Positions 1-11,810 of a stretch of DNA of 64,000 nt are shown here, in pieces (position 1 is the first letter of the stretch; every line of letters begins with the position of its first letter). The position numbers and the translations under genes are program-made. This stretch comes from Octopus vulgaris (Eukaryota). The stretch covers positions 51,150,001 to 51,214,000 of the forward strand of contig OX597815.1 in assembly GCA_951406725.2 (NCBI GenBank), given 5' to 3'. The notes under the pieces are model-generated. The model did not search any database. It was not told the origin of the DNA and was given only the letters and a program-made list of their open reading frames with translations.

Positions 1-1164
1 ATTTTTGGCTTCTTGGTCAAGTTATTAATTAGAAAATCTGACACACAATAGAAGAAATTATAAAATGGTTCCACAATTGGCTGTTTTTCATTGAATTTAT
101 TATAAAGCTGTGCAGCATTTATTCAGTTAGTATCATTAAATAGCATTTTTACTGACACAAATGTCTTTTCTTTAAAAGTGATAGATCAAATTAAGATACA
201 TGTGATTAAAAGGTTGAACCTGGTACTGACAAAATGGGACAACTGCCCATACAGCTCCAACATGACACCGTCTTTTTCTACATAAACTCATTTCATGAAT
301 TGGAAATGTTCCATGCTTAACTAACATTCTAGATTTTCCCTTAACTTAAATCCATTGTATGTTTTAGACAAGACTAATTACTGTAGAAGATTTAAATTGA
401 CAAATTCGGAAGACATACTGTATTTCAAGAAACTATAAACTGAATGATTTCACACTAAATAATATATAAGATTTAATGCATATATAAAACAGAAGTTATT
501 AGAAAGAATACATTCAATAAAATACATTGTTTACAATATAAAGGGTAATAAAATAAAATATATTATCCTTATATTTATCTACACACAGATAATTATAAGT
601 GTAATTAAAAATGCTGTCTGTATTTTATCAGTATCCCAGTGGTGGAGAAATTTTGAATGATATTTATTGTTTAAAAAATATAATAATTTATAAATATATA
701 TTTATACATATTATTGGATAAAATTAGATCCTTGGATAATCCATGATATCCTAGCTGACTACATGCTCATACAATTACCAAACTTACATTTTAGCCAGTA
801 TAAACTCAGTTCATGTTTGACTCAATAGCATCATTAAAAAGTTGAGATTTTTCAATTTGTTGGTCTTCCCAGTGTGTTTATTTGACCTCAGTGGGTCAGT
901 GTAGCTATTTTGTCAGCATTAGAAGAGATCAAAATAGAACTTAAAAGAAATGTGCTGGAAATATAACATTCAAATATTGCTCCTGATAGATATATCTTTG
1001 ATATATTGGGTCAATAGCTCAGTTTCAGTGTCCATATAACTGCTTCAAATCAGTCACAGTTCACCTTTGGCAAAGACATGAATTCTATAAAATCAAAAAC
1101 TCTTATAAAATTCTGAAAGATGTCATAAAAATATTTTACTCTTATGCCATTTTTGTCACAGCAT

Positions 1165-1362
1165 TGTTTAGCTCCAAATTAACCCAAATCCAGCAGACTT
1201 ATGATCAAGGGCATTCCAGTCTTGTCAATCCAGTTCTTTATTTCTTCAGATATAATGAATTCATCGTCTTCTAATATGTCCTTTGTTTCAAACATTGTAA
1301 AATGGTATTTGAGCGAGATTTGGTATCTATTTTTAGTGACTGACTGACCACATAAAGGCTTC
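1165..1362. repeat. Interspersed ~200-bp repeat of unassigned family (SINE/MITE-like)
   Basis: Motif cagac-tatgatcaa-ggcattccag...gagatttgg-tgctattt-tag recurs at ~10095-10280, ~17730-17890, ~25920-26110 and partly ~32820-32940. Confidence 0.6.
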
Positions 1363-1508
1363 AGGTGACATTTTTATCTAATGATGTAAAGACTAACAGT
1401 TTCCATTATTCACCAAACATGTGCCATTTTCTTGGAATGTTCTCAAATATTTGTATAGTGATATCACATTTTCTTTTCTTAGTTCTGTCACACAAAAAAG
1501 AGTTGATG

Positions 1509-1612
1509 TGGTGAGTATATGAGTTCTTGAGTGTACTTGTGAGACTGATAAAGTTTTTTTGATACTGTCTTGCATTTGGAATTTTGGATACAAGATATGC
1601 TACTTTGTAGGT
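1509..1612. repeat. Left arm of a perfect 104-bp inverted repeat (partner 2135-2238)
   Basis: Base-by-base reverse complement of 2135-2238, including the 7-T/7-A run. Confidence 0.95.
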
Positions 1613-1837
1613 AATTTCATTTTTCCAGTTCTTTATTTAATTGATTAAATGAGAGATGACTGTACTATGACCCTCTACAAATACTCCAAAACCTGAAAAG
1701 GGAAGGGGAGAAGTTATTCTGACTTGAATGCTTACAATAGCATGAACTCTATTCAAAGCACCTAAGAACAGAGACAATCCCTTCAATAGTTTTTGTCTAC
1801 AACGTTTCATTTATATAGCTTTGTTTTAACATATAAG

Positions 1838-1845
<8 letters not shown>

Positions 1846-1910
<65 letters not shown>
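1846..1910. repeat. (CA)n microsatellite
   Basis: Direct reading. Confidence 0.95.
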
Positions 1911-1989
1911 TATATGTTGTAGAGTTTGTTAGTTCAGGAGTGATGATTTACTTTGCTGGTGCTTAATCTCTTACAACATGCAGTCCTAT

Positions 1990-2335
1990 AGTAAAGTAAA
2001 ATAAGGGTTACCTTCTTGGCTCATGCCAACTCATAAGGGCCAGTTTTCCCAGTTTCATGATGTATATATTCCCCACCCGGATAGGACACTGGTCCATTGC
2101 AGGATTTCTCATTTTGGCCAGCTGAGTGGACTGGACCTACAAAGTAGCATATCTTGTATCCAAAATTCCAAATGCAAGACAGTATCAAAAAAACTTTATC
2201 AGTCTCACAAGTACACTCAAGAACTCATATACTCACCATGAAATGTTTTGCTCAAGTCGCTCAGTCCAGGAATTGAAACTACAATCTTACAATTGTGAGC
2301 CCAACACCCTAACCACTAAGCCACATACCTCCACA
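1990..2335 (-). mobile_element. tRNA-derived CORE-like SINE (family A) interrupted by a 104-bp insertion
   Basis: Reverse complement aligns with the copy at 17112-17373 (gtggagg..tggcttagtggttagggtgtt head, cttgagcaaaaca, ccactcagctggc). Positions 2135-2238 are foreign to the SINE. Confidence 0.85.
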
Positions 2336-3039
2336 TGCAATTGTATAGGCAACAAAAAATGTTAAAGTTATTTATGGAATAAAGGCACAGCAGAACTCAA
2401 ATAATTTTATTCCCATTGAGCAGACGAGAAGCATATGTGCATAGACACAAAAAATGTCAAGTTCTATTCTTGTGAATTAAATTCTATATGTATGAATGTG
2501 CACACATGCATGCATGCACGCACTCACATACATACACACACATATCATTATCATTGGTTTAACATCCACTTTCCATGCTCACACAGGTTGGATATAATTT
2601 TGTTGAGGATTTTCTGTCCTTCTTGTCATCACCCTCACCTGTTTTCAAGCAAGATCATATTCTTCTATAACCATACTTGTTTTCACAGAAGATTTGAAAT
2701 AAAGGAAACCATTTGCATGACAACAACACTCATTTAACAACTACCATGTGATGTCATAGAAAGGAGAAAGAAACACACTTATACCTTTACAGTTAATAAT
2801 TAAACATGTTACATACTTTTTTTCTTGACTCAATTTTCCCATCTCTTTTTTCCTCCACTTTCTTTCTTTTCTTCTCTGTACTTTTCTTTGTATGTTCAAT
2901 GAAGAGCTATGCCTAAAACATTTCATTTTTATTTTTAATTTTCCCTTTAAAACATTTTCCTTTCAGAATTGATAAAATAAACCATAGACTTTGTTGTTTT
3001 TGTTTTTGAATCTGTCTTTTGTTATCAGTTTACCATATA

Positions 3040-3405
3040 CAGGGTGCAATGGGTAAATTTTCACCATTTTATTTTTTTCATTTTATGCATGCACAATGTT
3101 TGCTTTTTATTTTGTTGACTACAAAGTATAGTAGGGTCAGTTGGGTACCATCTGTGAGAAAAACAACATCATGATAATTCACTCCACCAGAAATTTAGAA
3201 ATGACATGCTGTACTGCTTGGCATTCGTTTCAGAGTGTTTGGGTGTCAATCTGAAGACAGTGCAATCTGAAGAGATGTACTGAGAGTGATAAAAATCAAA
3301 CATCCAGTCAGTATCATGGTGTTTCGAGTGATCACTTCTGATGGCAATGTTATGCCTCTATTCATTTTCCCACATGCCCTCAGACTCAACATGGAGGCCT
3401 ACACA
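3040..3405 (+). mobile_element. Tc1/mariner-superfamily (maT/DD37D-like) transposon remnant, internally deleted
   Basis: Starts TA|CAGGGTG (TIR-like). 3286-3402 translates VIKIKHPVSIMVFRVITSDGNVMPLFIFPHALRLNMEAY, matching the KHP.SVMV.G.I...G..MP.FIF..G.RLN...Y stretch of the DDD domain. Confidence 0.75.
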
Positions 3406-3789
3406 GATCACACGCATTCTTGTATGTCTCCTTTCCTATCTATTCTCCTGTCAAAGCTTGTCTCTCCAACATTTGCCACCTCACCTCATTATGGCTTAGC
3501 AGCCTTTACTGTTTGTTTTCTCTGTCCTGCTTTTGTTACCAACTGTGACCCTCTGCAAATCCCAAATTATATTTTGGTTTGCAGGAGCAACTGTTCTCAT
3601 GAAGACACATCTTGTCGTAATTTCTCGAAATGTGGAGTAGATAAACAGTTGACAACTGATGAAGGGTCGTTCTTTATGTTACTTGTCTTTTTCCCATTTG
3701 TTTCTTTCGTTGTTCGCAAAAAAAGCTTGCATTCCATGTTTTCTTATTTCATATTTCATGTTGTTTACATTTTATGGTGTTCTGTACCC

Positions 3790-3859
3790 ATATATGCATA
3801 TGTATATACATATATATGTAAGTATCTACATATATGTATGTATATATACATATATATAC

Positions 3860-3900
<41 letters not shown>
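3790..3900. repeat. (TA)n-rich microsatellite
   Basis: Direct reading. Confidence 0.9.
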
Positions 3901-3901
<1 letters not shown>

Positions 3902-4239
3902 TAGCAGTATCGCCCGGCGTTGCTCGGGTTTGTTTCGACCTGCTGGAATTGTAATTTTGAAAAGTAAAAACTTTGTGAACATTTTTCTGGTCGAAATACA
4001 CCGAAAAGTGGCGACACAGCAGTGAAAAAATCATAGAAAAAAGCAGCTTTTTGATGTAAATAATTTTTGGTGTTAACATGGTCCGATTTGAATGTTATGT
4101 TCTACGGAAGGAAGAGCAACCCTTCTTCTATCATACTCTCAATTTTGGTCAACTTGCGCCGCAGTGTCTCGGAGGAGATAGTGTTAGTTGAAGGTTACCA
4201 AACGTGGTGCACACAGACAACTTCAGCTTTATATAGAGA
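3901..4239 (-). mobile_element. Non-autonomous Helitron (339 bp)
   Basis: Minus strand begins A|TCTCTATATAAA at 4239 and ends in the GC-rich hairpin CCCGAGCAACGCCGGG followed by ...CTAG|T at 3901: 5' TC, 3' hairpin plus CTAG, A/T target, no TSD. Confidence 0.8.
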
Positions 4240-4347
4240 TAACACACACACACATTAATACACATACATAGACACACACACACATGTATGTATGGATGTA
4301 TATATGTACATCTGTCCACTTCTTGCAATATTTTTATCCTTCACTTC

Positions 4348-4391
<44 letters not shown>

Positions 4392-4399
4392 TATTAGCT

Positions 4400-5495
4400 T
4401 ACAATTTGTTTCTGTCAACAATTGACAACAGAAGTACGCTCACCAATTAATACTACCAAAATTTAACGACAGAAAGTAAATTAAAAACCAATTTACCTTT
4501 TCTGTATTGTTATGGCAATTCGACCGTCGGTGTGTTCTTGCAAATGTGTTCGAATGAGAAGTGAGTTGTGTTTTGCGCCTTTTTTACTAATAACAAACAC
4601 ACACGTGTTTGTATGTAGTTGTTTGAAACGTTTGTGTTTGTCACTGTCATATATGTATGTGTATGCGTGTGTGTGAGGAATGGCAAACCAGATAGATAGC
4701 GCGCAAAGTTCTTTTGAAGTTCGCGCTCCGCTTGTGTGTGTGTGTGCGTGCTTTAGGTGTACGTAGGTATGTGTACTCTCTCTCTGTCTCTTTACACACA
4801 CTAGCAAAAGCACTTCACTTACACACCACACTTTCTGTGTCGCACACCCCATCAAACACACACACACACCCTCACACACGCACACATGTACATCAATGCT
4901 TTCGGAGTGAAATGTTAAAATATTGAGTTTTCTCGAATTTTGTCTTAATTGGGGGTGAAATTGAAAGAAATTTTGTATGACATGACCGAATGGAAGTACT
5001 TTGAAAAATCATAGGTAAACTCTAATTGAAGAAATTGTGTGAGGAGTAAATCGTTATGTATTTATTTGTTTCTGTTTGCTGTGTTTTTTTTTTTAGTAGT
5101 GGTTTAAGGTACACTTGCAAAGAGAAAGTGGGAGAAATTAGTGTGATAGCATGAGTGATCCGTTTTATATAAATACTTTCACTTTAATCGTTGCACACTT
5201 GCAAAGAGAAAGGAGGAGAAATTAGGGTGATAGCGTGAGTGAAGCAGATCGCTCTGTTTTTGTGTGTGTGTGTGTGCTGTAGCCCACACTAAGAAAAGCA
5301 CTTCACTTACACACCACAATGTGAGTTTTCTCTAAATTTTGCTTAATTGGGGTTGAAATTTTAAAAACCGGACCTGGCACGACCCGATGCATTCTACTCT
5401 TAAAAATGCTAGGTAAATTGTAATTGAAGAAATCCTATATTGTAGATTTCTATAAGAGACAAAGGGAGGCAGATAAAATCTGCCTTTTATAATAA
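4400..5495 (-). mobile_element. Mosaic repeat segment, probably Helitron-related, with internal duplications
   Basis: CpG-richer than its flanks. Duplicated blocks at 4806/5294, 4925/5323, 5012/5410 and 5111/5196; hairpin ggcagat-aaa-atctgcc at 5468-5484 next to (TA)n. Confidence 0.45.
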
Positions 5496-5519
5496 TATAT
5501 ATATATATATATATATATA

Positions 5520-6660
5520 CAGGTTGTGTCAGTTTTCACAGATCACCTTTTTTTTAAATTCTAACTTCCTTCTTGCTTCTTTTTTTTTTTACCTTACTTT
5601 ACAGATATATCATGTCTGACATTAGGTTGACTCAGCAAAGGAAAAGGCATGCAGTAATTGTTGCCTTAAAAGCACAACATAGTGATACAGAGATAGCTCG
5701 CTTTCTGAAAGTTACCTGATTCTTCATTGTTAAAGTTCAAAAGGAGCTGGAAGCTACTCTTGAGGATACAACATGAGCAGCTGAAAACAAAACACAAGCA
5801 TAGAGTCCTAACACTATCAGAACACATAACTTTGTACAAAAAGTCCAAAAAATAATCAATTAAAAACCCAGAAAGTCAATCATAGCCATTGCAAAGGACC
5901 TCGCGATTTTAGAATGTACCATTATAAGAGTTGTGCATAAGGACAGCTGCTACAGGTTGTATGAGATGTGAAAAGGTCAGTTTATGTTGGATGTGTCTGA
6001 AGAGAATCATTCAATCTTTGCAAAGTAGTTCCTAAATAAGTTAAAACACCAAGAGCTAAACTGAAGGAATGACAGATAGTTATGCAAAGATCCAGATGAG
6101 TTTTCAACAGTTATGCATACTGCGATGGCTTTGAGAATCATCAACAATGAGGAAGGTATCATGCCTTCTCACCTTTTTCCCATGGTTTAAAAGTCATTGC
6201 TGCTGTCTACACAGAGGTTTTGAAGCTCTTGATAGACAGGTTATACAACAGAAAATCATACATCTTCCAACAAGACTGTGCCATCTCATATCAAGCTAGG
6301 ACAACCCCAGGTGTGGATGCATGCCGATCTCCATAATCATGTTCTCCCAGACACATGACCTCTTAGCATATGAGACCTCTATTACATATGGTGCATAGCC
6401 AAGAGAGAGGTCAATCAACACCTCCATAACACCATACAATTTCTCAAGTCTACCATAATGAGCACAATGTTCAAAATTGATAAAGATCAACTGATTTGGG
6501 CATGATAATGCTTTCAACCCTGCATTGAAGCAACTACTGATGTTAATGGATTCATTGAATAAGTTGATAGAATTCTTAAGATTATTTCTACCAATTTGTT
6601 TTCAAATACAGCTCTTCTTTGATGGGCTATGTATCTTTTTCTAAATTCATACAAATGACC
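5520..6660 (+). mobile_element. Decayed Tc1/mariner-superfamily (maT/DD37D-like) transposon, transposase pseudogene ~5612-6562
   Basis: TA|CAGGTTG start. MSDIRLTQQRKRHAVIVALKAQHSDTEIARFLKV (HTH-like), KPRKSIIAIAKDLAILECTIIRVVHKD, FQQDCA, YIWCIAKREVN, ends ...NGFIE*; many stops and frameshifts. Confidence 0.85.
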
Positions 6661-6669
6661 TCTAAATGC

Positions 6670-7500
6670 TGAGTTACCATTGATGAGGTGGCATGTTCTC
6701 TGCAAATTAGTGATGGTTCTACATTTGAAATCACCTACAAGCTTTACTTCCATAAAGTCTGTGCAAGATGGGTGGCATTAGAGCTTACCAAAGCACATAA
6801 GCACAATTGTGTGAAGATTTGTCAATGCTTACTTGACTGCAACAATGATGGTGAAGGTTCTTTGGAGAGAATAGTCAAAGTAGATGCAACCTGAGTCTGT
6901 CACTTTCAGTCAGAATCCAAAAGGCAGGGTGTGGAGTGGAAATGCCTAGGATTGCCAGTGAAAAAGAAATTCAATATACAACCTTCCACAGAAAAAGTGA
7001 AGCTAGCTGTTTTTTGGAACATTAACTAAAACAGGGGTCTAGAGTCACCATGTGGGAAGCAGTGAAATACTGGCCAGCAAACTGAAATCAGCAATTCACA
7101 CCAAATACCAAGGTCTATTGTCAAAATAAGTTTTATTGTCACATGACAATGTACATCCACATATGGTAACCCACACCATGAAAACCATTGAAAAATTGGA
7201 TTTCGAGTTGCTGAGACATTCTGTATACAACCCAGATCTCATCCTTTCTGACTATCACCTTTTGGGACTACTCAAGGTCGTCAGTTTGCTATGCATGAGG
7301 AAGAGTAGAAAGTGGTGCATAAATGGCTGCACAACCAGTCAAAAACTTCCTTTTCAGATGAAATAAACAAGCTTGTGGACTGCTGGGATAAGTGCAGTGA
7401 AAAACAAGAAGTCTATGTCAAAAAATTATGTAACTATTCAACTTTTGTTTTTGTTTTAATATATTACAGAAACAGGAGTGCATATAATTTTTGACTTTAG
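6670..7500 (+). mobile_element. Decayed mariner (DD34D) transposase, 5'-truncated
   Basis: FHKVCARWVALELT (KVCARWVP motif), ERIVKVDAT*V (IVTGDETWV), HDNVHPH (HDNARPH), LRHSVYNPDLILSDYHL (HPPYSPDLAPSDYHLF), KLVDCWDKC. Confidence 0.92.
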
Positions 7501-7676
7501 TCATTTTTGTGAACCATAAAAAATAAGGATTTAAGTGCACATTATACTTGTAAATAAGAATTTGAAACAGAAAATACAATTCTTAATCAAATATAGTGCC
7601 AGTTAATCACATGCACTATATATTTGGTCTTCACTTCAGTTTCACTATTATTCTTATTTTAATGCTCATTGTTTAA

Positions 7677-7898
7677 CCCTTTTGATACCAACCTGGCTGA
7701 AACTTCCTCTGGCTCTGTAGCACAAAGGTTTTGTTTTCAAAAATTCTGAATTAAAATCTTCCACCAAATCTTAGTCACAATTTATGTTCCTAACACTGGC
7801 TTAACGATAACTAAGTAATTTTACTAAATTCTTTGTTAAATTTAGAATTAATTGAAGGAAACACAGAGCATCTCAACAGAAATGTGGTAACAAATGGG
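7677..7898. mobile_element. piggyBac-type MITE family 1 (222 bp)
   Basis: TTAA on both sides; TIR CCCTTTTGATACCA / TGGTAACAAATGGG (12/14 match). A second copy lies at 30058-30662. Confidence 0.85.
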
Positions 7899-8642
7899 TT
7901 AAAACAAGAAAGATGATAAAGCATTATATAGTGTCATCAAATGTATAAAGTGCATGTGGTTTAATTGGCAAAATTAAAAAAATATATGACCATCCCTAAA
8001 TATAACAATATCTGTTTCAACAAAACAACTTCACATTAGGACTCTTATAAAACAAATACATAAATGTAACAAATATATTGCATTTCTGCTTTTTCTTAAA
8101 TTGATTAATGGAATTAAAATAGTCAAATCCTGAGCAATAACTATGGCAAATATAGCTCTATTAAGATGTCTAAATGTATGTATATACCATTATAACAGAT
8201 AATCTTTGTTGTAAATCATGAGAACCATGTCAATATTTAGTTTAAATAGTTGAATGTCCCAGCAATTTCCTACAATATTCAGTAGTTCATTAAGTAAACT
8301 TTAGAATTTCAGAAATATTTTCTTTAACACAACAATACAAATCCCATTAATGTTTCAATTTCTGGAAACTTGCTGAAAATCCACAAATCTGCATGTAAAT
8401 TATCTCACTAACCATTACATTTCATTTATATTCTAACCAATAGCTTATCTTGAAATAAGAATCTGATTCATTTCCTTAATTTTGATATCTATTTATTTTG
8501 GCACAGGGTTGGGGTGTATTTTGTCTACTTTTGAAATTAGTCTTTTATATCCTGTCTCTTTTATGGTGAGACTGATTGGAACTAAACTGTCTACATATGA
8601 GCCAAGTAATTTGACCACTGAAAATAAGGAGCCTGCCTCACA

Positions 8643-8645
<3 letters not shown>

Positions 8646-8688
<43 letters not shown>
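8646..8688. repeat. (CA)n microsatellite
   Basis: Direct reading. Confidence 0.95.
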
Positions 8689-8690
<2 letters not shown>

Positions 8691-10545
8691 ACTTGTAATA
8701 GTTTGTTCCTTTTTTATGAAGGAAAAATTTTGCTTTCTATTCGTATGATCTTAAAAGTGGCTCAGGCTTATTTTCAACTAAATTGGTACTGATTCAGTGC
8801 TGCTTCTATTTTTTAATGTTTTTTTTCTTTCTTTCCCTCTTTTTATCTCCATTACACTTCTTAAGTCTTTCCCACAAAATGCAATAATCACTTGGAGAAA
8901 TGGCTGTGATTTATATTTATGTATTGGCGCTGATCATAAGATCTTTCTGTAAAATTGATAAGATATGTTATCCAAACTTTTTTTTTTTATGTATCTCTTA
9001 TATGTATGGAATTATTTTTTGGTCATTCACAAACTATTAACTGTGCTCTTTTCTATGCATTATGTTTGGCTATTTGGAATCTATGAAAAAAGAAATTAAA
9101 AAAGGAAAACCTTACTGTAAGCACTTGGGCAGTGACAGAGTTCTGCTTCTTTCTTCTTTTACCATTATAATTAGATGGCTTTGACTTCACCTAGTCCTTT
9201 ATCTGACATAATTTTCATAATTCATACAATTGCATACAGATAGCTCAATGGTTCTACAAATCTCATTTAACAAAATCAGTATTCTGCATTTTTTCTTCTT
9301 CTCCCTCACTTTCCTTTCTCTCTATCTCTCTTCTGTTTTTCATTTTTGTTTCTTTGTTCATCAGTTCTTACATTAAGTTAGAACAAAGCAATGCATGTAT
9401 GATTATCTTATACTTAAATGTACACCCATTCTCTTGAAGGTAGCAGGATGGTTGGCATAAAAACAACAACAGTGATGATGATCATGATCATGATCATGAT
9501 GATATTAATAATAATAAAAATAAGGCATAATGGAAAGATACTTGATTTTTTTTTCTTTTTTGCTTTTATTTTCTTAAGCATCATAATGTATTATCATCAT
9601 TAAAGCAAGCTGCAAGTCTTCTAATCTTCTGTGTAACATAACTATTGATTGGATTCTTGGATTTCCAAAAAAATTGTAGCTTATACTGACAAATTATTAA
9701 CAAAGAATGCTTAATTTAACATATAACCTGCTAATGACCAATCGATAAAAATCAAGTTAGTGAAAATACAATAAAAAAAATGATAACAATAATGAAGAAT
9801 AAAAAAGATATAACATGATTTTAGTTTAAAATTGTTGACTACTATTTCTTAGAAAATACCCAGAAAAAAAATGAAAAACAATTTGCTTTAATAAGAGTTA
9901 TGAAAAACTGATTCTGGCTGAATATATTCTGAGCCAGACCAAAGTTAATAAGCAATATAATTAATTGAATGACAAAGCTCAAGTTTAGGTCACATCTGTT
10001 TTTTTTATGTATCTTTTGTTTTTTCTTATTTTTATTTAACTTTACAACATTACAAATAAAAAACTGAATTGATTTTACTATCAACAACCAACCTTAGTTT
10101 ATCAGTTGCATTTTAGCCCTGATCAGTCCAGCATGAGCAAACCAACAATCAAAGGTGTTCCTGTCATGACCATCTTGTCTTATTATTCAGATTCACTCTT
10201 TATTTTTTTTAAGCTGTCACTTGAGGGGCATTTGACTATTATTTTTAGCAAACTGGTCAGTTATATAAAGGTTCAGCTGTTGGATAGACTTTATAGACAG
10301 ACTAACTAGAAATTTTAAGAACTTCATAATAAGTGAGCAACAAAAATAAAAAATTAAATATGAATACTCTATGCATTTTTTCCCTTATTCTTTAATTTAA
10401 AATTTAAACTTCTAATCCTGTCAAATGTTATGAAGAAATGATTATCTCCTTTATATGACAAGTCTGCGAGAGGACACCACATGTTTTGCTTAAATGTTAA
10501 ATTTACCAAACAGGATTATGAAACTGACTAATGTTCTAACATTTC

Positions 10546-10757
10546 AAGGATTAACGTGCTAGTAGAATTGTTACTGTGATAGACAAAATGCTTGGTGGCT
10601 TTTGATCCATTTTTACGTTCTGAACTGAAATTCCACTGAGATCAACTTAACCTTGCATTCCTTTTGGGGTCAATAAGATAAATACCAGTTGAGCACTGGG
10701 TCAATGTAGTCGACTTACTCCCTTCCCTAAAATTACTGTGCCAAGTTTTGAAACCAA
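10546..10757 (+). mobile_element. SINE family B copy (diverged)
   Basis: Aligns with the copies at 16317 and 40229 (gcctttcatcctt..gggtc.ataa.ataagtaccagttgagcactgggg core, tttgaaacca end). Confidence 0.75.
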
Positions 10758-11089
10758 TACTCCAACATTTCTAATAATAGGGTTTGTGCATCAAATGTTT
10801 AGTCTCAGAAAAGCCAAACTTTATATAGATATACGTGTGTGTGTGTGCTCGCATACGTGTAGGACAGGAAAGGCTGATTTGTACAGAAGCTTCTAGATGA
10901 ATTTTAATAGGAAATCTCTTACATGTTGAAAATGCTGAGATTAGAACAAAAAGCAATTTTTGCTTTGCATAGTTTGTGACATTAATAATTCATTTATTTA
11001 TTTCACAAAAAACAAAAAAATGCTCAAATCTTTGGTTCTTTTATTCTGCTTGTTTTGTCAAATAATTAACCTTAATGGCTTACAAAAAT

Positions 11090-11300
11090 TAAGAGTATGG
11101 GGATGTAAACAAACCGATACCAGCTGTCAAGTGGTGCTGGGAGACAAACACAAACACACAACTGGATTCTTCCAGTTTCCATCTATCAAATCTACTCACA
11201 AGCTATAGAAGAAAACACTTGCCCAAGGTGCCACACTGTGGGACTGAATCCAGAATTATATAATTGAGAAGCAAGCTTCTTACCACACAGCCATGCTCCA
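11090..11300 (-). mobile_element. SINE family C copy (tRNA head plus CORE-like box)
   Basis: Reverse complement of the 31020 copy: acacttgcccaaggtgccac..tgggactgaa..gcaagcttcttaccacacagccatgc. Confidence 0.8.
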
Positions 11301-11717
11301 GTCTTTTACAATTCTCAGTTTTTGTATAATTTTATAGAATAGTTTCTTGGCTATCTTTCTTAAGAAATATGTGAAGAAGTAATTCCATGTGTGATTCAGA
11401 GTGTAAGTTTTCCCTTTCATGACAGATTTATTATAACGCACAAGTGTAACTTAGGAGACAGTTTATTGGTAAATTCAGTTTAAACTGGTAATAGGTACAG
11501 GATCATCACTTCAAATTATCTAATATATCATTGGAAACTTTAAAAGATAATTATTTATAAAACATTTTAAATTTACTAAAATATTTGAATTTTGTGTCAT
11601 CCTGTTATCTTACTATGATATATATATGTACAGTATAAATGTGAAATCTTAGCTAAAGACAAAATACATTTTTATATATCAGAAACTCTTACTTGCAATT
11701 GTCACACTTTTAATTAC

Positions 11718-11720
<3 letters not shown>

Positions 11721-11797
<77 letters not shown>

Positions 11798-11810
11798 AGC
11801 ACATACACAC
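11721..11810. repeat. (CT)n(CA)n compound microsatellite
   Basis: Direct reading. Confidence 0.9.

Noticed and set aside
788-1086. Possible minus-strand exon (ttttatag acceptor, gtaagt donor)
   Set aside because: Stops occur in all three frames and such splice-like motifs are common in AT-rich DNA; unsupported without RNA data.
3596-3670. Hammerhead-like CTC-ATGAAGA...GAAATGTG-GAG and a following CTGATGAAGGG
   Set aside because: The first box is mutated, stem II is unpaired and there is no valid triplet; it may be a Penelope-end relic but cannot be supported.
3286-3954. 222-aa ORF as a real gene
   Set aside because: Chimeric read-through of a transposase fragment, an unrelated repeat, (TA)n and a Helitron end.
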